A stretch of 64,000 bases of DNA. It comes from Candidatus Multivorans sp. GTDB taxonomy: Bacteria; Acidobacteriota; Thermoanaerobaculia; Multivoradales; Multivoraceae. Of the stretch, positions 9,437 to 17,837 are shown one piece after another (position 1 is the first letter of the stretch; each line of letters starts with the position of its first letter). Below the pieces are notes generated by a model. It was not told the DNA's origin. It did not search any database and saw only the letters and a list, made by a program, of their open reading frames with translations. The stretch spans positions 2,080,001 to 2,144,000 of the forward strand of contig OZ251997.1 of the NCBI GenBank assembly GCA_965247095.1, in the 5' to 3' direction. The position numbers were made by a program, and so were the translations under genes.

Positions 9437-11753
9437 TACAGGTCCACCTTCAGGCCGATGGCGATGCTGCGCGGGAACCTCGGCCCGTAGACGTAGCCGG
9501 GGTCCCGCAACGGCCCCCGGTCCAGGTCGCGCTGGTACTCGTCGGTCAGGTTCTTGAGCGCGAGCGTAGCCGTGATCCGGCGGTCAGCGCCGAGCGCGAA
9601 CCGCCGGGACAGTCCGAGGTCCCAGGTCAGGAAGCTGGGGGTGACTTCGAGGCGATCCTCGCCGATGTAGCCGGCGTAGTGCGGCGCCAGCATCGAACCG
9701 GTGTAACGGAGCCCGGCGAACAGGGTCAGCCCGCGAGACAGCGGCCAACGCGCGGTCGCCGTGCCGTAACGCTCGGGAGTCCGGAACATGGATGTACTGC
9801 CGAAGTCCGGCTCGGCATGGCCGAACTCGGCCCACTGCCACGCGTAGCCCGCGTCGAGGGTCAGGCCGCCGCGCCGGAGACCCCAGCCCATCTCGACGCC
9901 GCGCACCCGGGCGCGACCGAAGTTGGTGCGCAAGAACTCCAGTTCCGAGGTCGCAGGGTCGTCGGCCTCCAGACGGTGGAACAGATCGTCGATCCGGGTG
10001 TCGAAGAACGTCGAGTCGATCGCCATCGACGTGCGGCGGCCAACCATCGGCCGCCACTCGAGGCTCACCATGCGCGCCACGGAGGTCTCCTCGCGCAGCC
10101 TGGGGTCGTCGCGCACCACCATCGCCTTGCCGCCAACCAGCGCGATATGGAGCTCCTCGTCGAACACCGGCGGCGGCAGGAAGCCGGCGCTACGGGAAAC
10201 ACGGAGGGTCAGGTCGCTCCGAGGCGTCCACATCAGCGCCGCCCGCGGCGAGACGATCGACCCATCGACCGCGCTATGCCAATCCGCCCTCGCTCCGTAG
10301 AGCAGGGTCACGTGGTCGCCGATCCGCCGGTCGTCCTGGACGAAGCCGGAGACGGTCCGGTAGGTCTCCCGGATCATGCGCCTGTAGGCCGGTTGCCGGT
10401 CGTCGATCAGGTCGCGAGAGGCCTGGACGCCGAAGCTCACCGTGTCCTCGGCGCCGCCGCGATTGACGTGGGAGTCGAAGATCCACAACGGGTTGCGGGT
10501 CGAGCCGAAGGCGCCGGGATCTCCGCCCGCACCGTAGTAGCTGGCGCGTTCGGTGAGGGCGTGGGAAGCAGTCGCGCGCCAGTCCCAGCGTGGCGACACC
10601 GTGTGCAGCCAGGAGACGCCGGCGCCGTGCCGGTTGGAGTCCACCTGCTCGGCGACCTGTACCTGCTCGGGCGGCAGGTGCAGCCTGTCGCCGCCGCGCC
10701 GGAACTCGCCCATGTAGCTGACCTCGGCGGCGAGCCTCGCCGCACCGTCCATGAAGAACTCGTGGTAGCGGGCGCCGACGGCGTCGAGGTCGCGGATCGA
10801 GACATCGCTGAAGCCGTCCACGTCCACGTCGACCGGCGCCACACGGTCGACCTGGCCGTAGAACGTCGCCGCCCGGTTCGCTCCGGGCGTCCAGTCGGCG
10901 ACCAGGCTGTAGAACGGGCTCTCCGCGGAACCGCCGGCGCCGCTCATCCTCTCCGCGCGCGCATCCGCCTCGATGTGCGTGTGGTCCGGATGATGAGGAA
11001 TCAGGTTGATCACACCGGCGACGGCGCCGGCGCCGTAGGCCGGAGAACCGCCGCCCTTGACCACCTCGATACTGTCGATCAAGCGGGCCGGCAACTGCTC
11101 GATGCCGTAGACCATCGCCAGCGACGACAGCGTCGGTTGACCGTCGACCAGGAGTTGCGAGTACGGACCCTCGAGCCCCAACAGCCGGATCTGGGAGGAG
11201 TTACAGCTCTGGCACGTCGACTCCACGCGCACGCCCCGCGTCCACTCGACGGCGTCCGCCAGAGTGCGCGCGGCGACGCTCTCGATCTGCGAGCGCGGCA
11301 TCGTCTGCACGTAGAGAGGCACGTCCGCCAGACGCTTCTCGGTCCGCGTAGCACTGACCACCATCTCCTCGCCGAAAACGGGACGAAGCTGAATGTCAAG
11401 CTCCACCAGGTCCTGGCCTTCGACCTGGAATCCCTGCTCAGCCAGACCGTAGCCCTCCGCGTAGACGACGAGCACATGCTCGCCTGGGCTCACCGGGTCC
11501 AGACAGAAGCGGCCGTCCTCGACGTCACCACTGTGGTGGACGACGTCGTCAAGGTCACGGCGGCGCCGACCACCGGCCGGCCGGAGGGCGACAGGACCGC
11601 GCCCTGGACGCCGGCGTCCACGGGACATGCGTCGGCCGTCGCCGGCGCGGCCGGAAACAGCGCCAGCACAGCCAATGCGCCGAACAACAGGCTCGGACGC
11701 CGTCGCGACGGCCGCGTCGGCGGGTCGATTCCTGATGGCCGTCCCCATCTCAT
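9436..11753 (-). pseudogene. TonB-dependent receptor, CQSC-plug family (copy 1), with apparent 1-bp deletion frameshift near 11519
   Basis: Signal peptide and start of the carboxypeptidase-regulatory-like domain are in ORF 11490..11753; the rest is in ORF 9436..11748 (ESTCQSCNSSQIRLLGLEGPYSQ, IEVVKGGGS, C-terminal GLKVDL). Alignment to copy 2 shows TCG-AG-GAC versus TCG-GGG-GAC. May be a sequencing error. Confidence 0.8.
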
Positions 11754-11875
11754 CCTGTTGATGGCAACGCGACGGAACGACGATCTGTTCCCGAGGGTCG
11801 TTCGGTCGGGCAGACCGAGCGAGGAGTCGCGCCGTTACCGCGGCCTGACCAGGGGACGCGCCGCCCGAGCTACAG

Positions 11876-13249
11876 CTAAGGGGGTGGCGCAGCCGCCCTC
11901 AGACGCTCGAACGCCTCCATCTGAACCTTCGCCTCCCCGCCGCGACCCAGCGACGAGAGAACCCGGCCATAGTTGAAGCGAAGCGCCGCGTTGGTGTCGA
12001 GTCCGAGCGCCAGAGCCCGCTCCATCCGCTCCGCGGCCTCGGCCGGACGGCCGGCCTCGGCGGCGATCATTCCAAGCAGCGCATGCGCCTCGCCGAGGTC
12101 GGGATCGAGCGCCAGCGCCCGCTCCAGCGCGGGGGCCGCATCCTCGGCGCGGCCGTCGGTGTGCAGGAACAGCCCCTCCAGGTAGTGGTGCTCAGCCCGG
12201 TTCGGCTGTCGGCGCCGCGCCTCCGCGACGCTCGCCGCGGCCTCGCCGGCGCGGTCCATGGAGAAGAGCACCTTGGCGCGCAGCGAGTGGATATCCGCGA
12301 TCCGCGGATGGTCCGGGTAGGTCTCGATCAGGCCGGCCAGGCGCTCGATGGCCGCTTCCATCTCGCTCTCCGCCGCCAGTTGCTGCGCCTCCGACAGCCC
12401 GGAAGCCACGTCAGCCGACGCCGCGCGTTCGGCCTCGGCGGCCTCATCCCGGGCGCTCTGCAGCGACCGGTAACGATCGAGCGCGGCCTGGGCGCGGTCC
12501 CGCTCGCCGCCCGCGGCAAGGGTCCGCCCGAGGCGGTACTGCACTTCAGAGTCGTCGGGCGCCAGCGCCTCAGCGGCGCGCAGGTGATCCAGCGCCTCGG
12601 GATACCGCCCCAACGTCGCCAGGATGTCCGCCGCTTCGAGGTGAATCACGAGCGGTTCTCCCGCGCCATCGTCCAGCGCGCGCTGCAGGTAGCCCAGAGC
12701 CTCCGCGCGGCGACCGGGATCGCGCGCCAGGGCGAGACCGCGGGCGCGGTCGAGACCGGAACTTCGCAGATCCGCGGCTGCGGCCGCATCGACCGCCGCG
12801 AGCGCCGCGGCCGCCAGGCCGTCCGCCAGCCGGAGCAGCGCCAACTGTTCGAAAACGTCGACACTGTCTATCCGCTGATCGACCGCCTCCTCCAGCAACC
12901 GGATCGCATCGCCCGTGCGGTCGAGGTCGCGAAGCAGCAGCGCCGGCGCCAGGTAGGCGGACGCCAGCTCATCCGACGGAACAACTGAGCTACCCGACGA
13001 CCCGTCCGACCGCAGCGCCCGTACCCGGGAGAACGCCGCGAGAGCATCCTCGACCCGGCCAAGGGCGGTCAGCATCCGGGCCACCATCAGCGCCGGCGCG
13101 AACTCCGAGGGGGCGCGCTCGGCCGCCGCGCGCGCATGCGCCAATGCGTCGACCGGATCGCCTGTTGCCGGGGCGAACTGACCTTGAATGGCCTGACGCG
13201 GAACGAAGGGCGCGAAGGCGATCAGGAGGAGAACGGCGACGCCGGACAC
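11876..13249 (-). CDS. Secreted tetratricopeptide-repeat protein
   Basis: N-terminal hydrophobic signal; many TPR-like helices (ALAPDDSEVQYRLGRTL, ALALDPDLGEAHALLG). Confidence 0.8.
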   Translation of the reverse strand: MSGVAVLLLIAFAPFVPRQAIQGQFAPATGDPVDALAHARAAAERAPSEFAPALMVARMLTALGRVEDALAAFSRVRALRSDGSSGSSVVPSDELASAYLAPALLLRDLDRTGDAIRLLEEAVDQRIDSVDVFEQLALLRLADGLAAAALAAVDAAAAADLRSSGLDRARGLALARDPGRRAEALGYLQRALDDGAGEPLVIHLEAADILATLGRYPEALDHLRAAEALAPDDSEVQYRLGRTLAAGGERDRAQAALDRYRSLQSARDEAAEAERAASADVASGLSEAQQLAAESEMEAAIERLAGLIETYPDHPRIADIHSLRAKVLFSMDRAGEAAASVAEARRRQPNRAEHHYLEGLFLHTDGRAEDAAPALERALALDPDLGEAHALLGMIAAEAGRPAEAAERMERALALGLDTNAALRFNYGRVLSSLGRGGEAKVQMEAFERLRAAAPPP

Positions 13250-13267
13250 GGGCGGTCAGCGTAGCAG

Positions 13268-13834
13268 TCACTCCACGGCGAACAGAGCGCGCAGGCTGGC
13301 TTCGAGGGTCCCTCCCCGCACGTCGAGGCCCACCAACCGGCCGCGGCGGTCGAACAGCAAGGAACGCGGTGGATACTCCACCTGGAAACGCCGCGCCACG
13401 GCCCCGGCCGCGCCGAATCCGTCGAAGACGACCGGCCAGGTGACGCCGTGCCGGCGTCCGAAACTCTGCAGTTCGCTGCGCGCCGCGCGGTCGAGCGAGA
13501 TGGACAGAATGACCAGACCCCGATCGGCGTAGACCGCCCGGGCCCGTTCGAGGTTGGGGAAGTCGGCGAGGCAGGGAGCGCACCAAGTGGCCCAGAACTC
13601 GAGCAGGACGATGCGATTCTCGAAATCGGCCGCGGTCCAGACCCGGCCGTCGACGTCCCGTACTTCGAGGTCGGCCCACAGTTCACCCAACCGGCCCCCG
13701 CGGGCTTCGGGATACGCCGGCGCCTCCGCGTTCGCCGGAGCGGATCCTCCGTCCAGGGCGAACGCCGCCGGCGCCGCCGATGCGAGCGTCAGCGTCGCCG
13801 CCAGAGCCAAACGGAGAACGTCCGAGCGCGGCAC
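13268..13834 (-). CDS. TlpA/ResA-like thioredoxin-family disulfide reductase (copy 2)
   Basis: C-terminal part of track ORF 13268..14458. GTG start at 13834, 2 nt after the TBDR stop, gives 567 bp, the same length as copy 1. Motif IVLLEFWATWCAPC. Confidence 0.9.
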   Translation of the reverse strand: MPRSDVLRLALAATLTLASAAPAAFALDGGSAPANAEAPAYPEARGGRLGELWADLEVRDVDGRVWTAADFENRIVLLEFWATWCAPCLADFPNLERARAVYADRGLVILSISLDRAARSELQSFGRRHGVTWPVVFDGFGAAGAVARRFQVEYPPRSLLFDRRGRLVGLDVRGGTLEASLRALFAVE

Positions 13835-13836
13835 GA

Positions 13837-16140
13837 TTACAGGTCCACCTTCATGCCGACGACGACACTGCGAGGAAACCTCGGTCCGTACACGTAGCTC
13901 GCGTCCCGCTGCGGCCCCCGGTCCAGGTCCCCCTGGTACTCGTCGGTCAGGTTCTTGACCGAGAATGTCGCGGTGATCCTGCGGTCGCCGCCGAGCGCGA
14001 ACCGCCGGGACAGGCCGAGATCCCAGGTCAGGAAGCTGGGGGTGGCGTCCAGTCGATCCTCGGCGATGTAGCCCGCGTAGTGCGGCGCCAGCATCGAACC
14101 CGTGTACCGGAGCCCGGCGAACAGGGTGAGGCCGCGCGGCAGCGGCCACTGCACGCTCGCCGAACCGTAGCGTTCGGGCGTACGGAACCTGCGGGTGCTG
14201 CCGAAGTCGGGCTCGGCGTGGCCGAACTCTGCCCGCTGCCAGGCGTAGCCGGCATCGAAGGCCAGACCGCCGCGCCGGAGACTCCAGCCGACCTCCACGC
14301 CGCGCACCCGGGCGTGGCCGAAGTTGGTGCGGACGAACTCCAGTTCGTCGGTCGCCGGATCGTCCGCCTGCCGGTTGTGGAACAGGTTCTCGATCCGGGT
14401 GTCGAAGAACGTCGAGTCGACGGCCATGGCTACGCGCCGGCCGATCATCGGCCGCCACTCGAGGCTCAGCATCCGCGCGGCCGAGGTCTCCTCACGCAGC
14501 GCGGGATCGTCGCGCACCACCATCGCCTCGCCCCCCAGAAGGGCGATGTGGAGTTGCTCGTCGAACACCGAGGGCGGACGGAAGCCGGCGCTGTGCAAAG
14601 CCCGCAGCGTCAGGTCGCCGCGGGGGGTCCACATCAGCGCTGCCCGCGGCGAAACGATCGTTCTCTGGACCGCGCTGTGCCGGTCCGCACGCACGCCGTA
14701 GAGCAGGGTCAGGCCGTCACCGATGCGGCGATCGTCCTGAACGAAAGCCGAGGTCGAGCGGTAGCTCTCGCGGATGATCCGCCGGTACGCCGGCTGGCGG
14801 TCGTCGATGATGTCGTGCGAGGCCTGCAGGCCGAAGCTGAGAGTGCCGGCGGCGCCTCCGCGGTTGACATGGGAATCGAAGACCCAGAGCGGGTTGCGGG
14901 TCCAGCCGAAGGCGCCCACGTCGCCACCCGCCCCGTAGTAGCTGGCCCGCTCGGTTGCCGCGTGGGATGCCGTGGCTCGCCAGTCCCAGATCGGCGACAC
15001 CGTGTGCAGCCAGGAGACGCTGGCCCCGCTGCGCCGGGAGTCCAACTGTTCCGCGACCTGCGCCTGCTGCGGCGGAAGCTGCACCTGGTCGCCGCCGCGC
15101 CGGAACTCAGCCGTATGGCTGACGTCCGTCGCGAGCCTCGCAGAGCCGCCCATGAAGAACTCGTGGTAGCGCGCGCCTACCACGTCCAGATTGCGGATCG
15201 ACACCTCACTGAAGCCGTCACCGTCCACATCGACCGGCGCCACGCGGTCGATCTGGCCGTAGAACGTCGCCGCACGCTTGGATCCGGGCGCCCAATCCGC
15301 GACCAGGCTGTAGGACGGGCTTTCCGCCGAGCCGCCGGCGCCGCCCATTCGTCCCAAGCGGACATCCACCTCGATGTGGGTGTGGTCCGGGTGGTGCGGG
15401 ATCAGGTTGATCACGCCGGCGACCGCGCCGGCGCCGTAGGCCGGCGAACCGCCGCCCCTGACCACCTCGATGCTGTCGATCAGACGCGCCGGCAACTGCT
15501 CGATGCCGTAGACCATCGCCAGGGACGACACCGTCGGCTGGCCATCGACCAGTAGCTGGGAGTACGGTCCCTCGAGTCCCAAGAGCCGAATCTGCGAGGT
15601 GTTGCAGCTCTGGCAGTTCGACTCCACCCGCACCCCGCGCGTCCACTCGACGGCGTCGGCCAGGGTCCGCGCGACGACGCTCTCGATCCGTGAGCGCGGC
15701 ACCGTCTGCACGTGGAGCGGTACGTCGGCGAGGCGCTTCTCGGTCCGCGTCGCGCTGATGATGACCTCCTCGCCGAAGGCGGGACGGAGGCGGATTTCGA
15801 CTTCGAGCCGGCCCTCAGCCCTCGTTCGGATATCTCGCTCGGCCAAGCCGTAGCCGTCGGCGAAGACGATCAACCGGTGCTCGCCCGCACTCACCGGGTA
15901 CAGACAGAATCGACCGTCCCCCGAGGACACGCTGGTCGAGGCCGAAGTGGTCAAGGTCACCGCGGCGTTGGCGACCGGCCGCCCGGACAGGGACCGCACC
16001 GTGCCGTGAACTCCGGTGTCCTCCGGACAGGCGGCGGCCATTGCCTGCCCAGCAGGCAACAGCGCCAGCAGCGCCAGCGCTCCGATTGCCACGGCGCCTG
16101 CGCCTCGTGGCTTCATTCCGCACCGGGACGTTTTTTCCAT
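13837..16140 (-). CDS. TonB-dependent receptor, CQSC-plug family (copy 2, intact); probable metal-uptake receptor
   Basis: Signal peptide; N-terminal carboxypeptidase-regulatory-like domain; EEVIISATRT TonB-box region; ESNCQSCNTSQIRLLGLEGPYSQLLVDGQP; KNLTDEYQ...YVYGP; terminal barrel strand. Confidence 0.9.
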   Translation of the reverse strand: MEKTSRCGMKPRGAGAVAIGALALLALLPAGQAMAAACPEDTGVHGTVRSLSGRPVANAAVTLTTSASTSVSSGDGRFCLYPVSAGEHRLIVFADGYGLAERDIRTRAEGRLEVEIRLRPAFGEEVIISATRTEKRLADVPLHVQTVPRSRIESVVARTLADAVEWTRGVRVESNCQSCNTSQIRLLGLEGPYSQLLVDGQPTVSSLAMVYGIEQLPARLIDSIEVVRGGGSPAYGAGAVAGVINLIPHHPDHTHIEVDVRLGRMGGAGGSAESPSYSLVADWAPGSKRAATFYGQIDRVAPVDVDGDGFSEVSIRNLDVVGARYHEFFMGGSARLATDVSHTAEFRRGGDQVQLPPQQAQVAEQLDSRRSGASVSWLHTVSPIWDWRATASHAATERASYYGAGGDVGAFGWTRNPLWVFDSHVNRGGAAGTLSFGLQASHDIIDDRQPAYRRIIRESYRSTSAFVQDDRRIGDGLTLLYGVRADRHSAVQRTIVSPRAALMWTPRGDLTLRALHSAGFRPPSVFDEQLHIALLGGEAMVVRDDPALREETSAARMLSLEWRPMIGRRVAMAVDSTFFDTRIENLFHNRQADDPATDELEFVRTNFGHARVRGVEVGWSLRRGGLAFDAGYAWQRAEFGHAEPDFGSTRRFRTPERYGSASVQWPLPRGLTLFAGLRYTGSMLAPHYAGYIAEDRLDATPSFLTWDLGLSRRFALGGDRRITATFSVKNLTDEYQGDLDRGPQRDASYVYGPRFPRSVVVGMKVDL

Positions 16141-16147
16141 GGATGCG

Positions 16148-16177
16148 ACTATAGTTTTCGTCTACCCAAAATGTCAA
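16148..16177 (-). promoter_or_regulatory. Sigma70-type promoter of the TBDR operon with an operator-like imperfect palindrome in the spacer
   Basis: Minus strand: TTGACA (16177-16172), 18-nt spacer TTTTGGGTAGACGAAAAC, TATAGT (16153-16148), then 7 nt to the ATG. Confidence 0.7.
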
Positions 16178-16298
16178 TCGCGTTGACCAGAACAACGAGC
16201 CCCCCTTGACACCGCATCAGGCCAGGACAACGTAGCCCCGCCAGAAGAGCAGCCTGACGGTCCGCGGTCACCGCAGCCTGACCGGAGGCCGCTCCGCT

Positions 16299-16673
16299 CT
16301 AACCAGCACCCATCTTGAAGAAGCAGAGCTTGTTGCCGTCGAGGTCGCGAATGTAGGCGCCGTAGAAGGTTGGGAGCCTCTCGCCGGGCGGGCCCTCATC
16401 GCTGGCGCCGAGCTCCATCGCCTTGGCGTAGAGCTGGTCGACGCTCTTCCTCGAACCGGCGGGGATCGCCACCATGTTGCCGTTGCCCGGCGCCTGCGGT
16501 TCTTTGTTGTAGGGGATGCAGATCGCGAGCATGGGTTGTCCCGGTTTGACGCCGTAGCCCTTGATCCGATCCATGCTGAACATTGTCGTTGCGCCCAGCT
16601 CGCCAAGCAGGGAGTCGTAGAACGCCTCCGCCCGGTCCATGTCGTTGACGCCGATCGTGCAGTAACCCAACAT
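16299..16673 (-). CDS. VOC/glyoxalase family protein
   Basis: MLGYCTIGVNDMDRAEAFYD...GASDEGPPGER...YGAYIRDLDGNKL; RBS GAGGGAG. Confidence 0.9.
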   Translation of the reverse strand: MLGYCTIGVNDMDRAEAFYDSLLGELGATTMFSMDRIKGYGVKPGQPMLAICIPYNKEPQAPGNGNMVAIPAGSRKSVDQLYAKAMELGASDEGPPGERLPTFYGAYIRDLDGNKLCFFKMGAG

Positions 16674-16763
16674 CGATAGTGCTCCCTCAAGAACGCAACC
16701 GCTGCAACGAGCCGCAACGGGCGGGCCGGAAGATAGCAGCCCGAAACGCTCGAGTCCGTGAAC

Positions 16764-17825
16764 TCAGCTCTCTTCGTCGCCTCCAACGTCTTCGATCAGG
16801 TCGGCATGGCGCAGATCGAGCTTCTCACCGGTGAAGCTGTCCAGCTTGTAGACCCAGGAGCCGTGGTAGTCGTTGAACTCCCGCATCTCCTCCGCCCGGC
16901 TCAGGACGTCCGCCTTCTCCTGGAGCTCCTCGTCGGGCGTGTCCCGCTCGATCTCCACCCGTTGCACCGTGTGATAGCCGCCGATACGGATGTAGCGATC
17001 GTCGCCTCGCCCGGCGACGGACACGATGTAGCCGGCGCCGTCTTCCAGTTCGTAGCGGAACTCGTCGGCGAACGAGAGGTCCGCCACCTCTTCGGCGTCG
17101 GCGAGATACACCTCGGAGAACCGCAGCCGCGAGAGGAAGTTCCTCACCCGGCCGACCTCGCTCGCCTTCTCCCGCTTGCCATCAGGCACCCGTTCGAGCA
17201 CGAGTTCGGCGCCTTCCCCGTCCGCGGTGCTGAAGGTGAAGTCCGGCCCGTCGATGCGCGCCACGTCGCTGCCCGAAACGTCGACGATCTCCTTCTCCAG
17301 GAACTGGTCCGCGGTGCTGTCGATCAGCACGGTCGCCTCGGTCAGGAAGATCGGGTTCTTCTCGCCGTCGAGGCGGCGCACGTAGTTGCCGCTGCCGCCG
17401 TCGAAGCGGTTGCCGACCCGCAAGCGGACCATGTCGTTGCCGGCGGCGTTGCGAAGCGCCACCTCGACGGTGTCCTCGCCGGGCGGTTCGATGCCGAGTT
17501 CCGCCGCGAGACTGTCGCTCGTGCCGACTTCCTTCGCCAGTTCGATATCGAGCAGGTTGCGCACCAACCGGTTCACGCCCTCGTTCCTGGCCTGGTAGTC
17601 GTGGGCCTCCTCCACCATGTAGCGGTCTCCGGCCCGGCTCAACGTGACCTGTTCCCCGCCCTGGATCACTTCGATCTGTGCGATTTCGTCCGCGTTCAGG
17701 TTGGGCAGGAACTTCTGGCCGCGCTCGAATCGCTCGGCGCGCGACACGCTGTTCCAGTAGCTGAAGATGGAAAGGGCCAGCAGCGCCAAGGCCGCCACCA
17801 CCAGTCGACGGTTCAACTGATTCAT
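16764..17825 (-). CDS. DUF4340-type periplasmic partner of the GldAFG-like ABC system
   Basis: N-terminal TM segment; YVRRLDGE motif; last gene of the ABC/GldG cluster. Confidence 0.7.
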   Translation of the reverse strand: MNQLNRRLVVAALALLALSIFSYWNSVSRAERFERGQKFLPNLNADEIAQIEVIQGGEQVTLSRAGDRYMVEEAHDYQARNEGVNRLVRNLLDIELAKEVGTSDSLAAELGIEPPGEDTVEVALRNAAGNDMVRLRVGNRFDGGSGNYVRRLDGEKNPIFLTEATVLIDSTADQFLEKEIVDVSGSDVARIDGPDFTFSTADGEGAELVLERVPDGKREKASEVGRVRNFLSRLRFSEVYLADAEEVADLSFADEFRYELEDGAGYIVSVAGRGDDRYIRIGGYHTVQRVEIERDTPDEELQEKADVLSRAEEMREFNDYHGSWVYKLDSFTGEKLDLRHADLIEDVGGDEES

Positions 17826-17837
17826 GCCGATAACTCC

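Noticed and set aside
13835-14458. 396-aa ORF as an extended or fused TlpA
   Set aside because: The upstream part is an alternate frame of TBDR2; the real TlpA starts at GTG 13834, matching copy 1 length.
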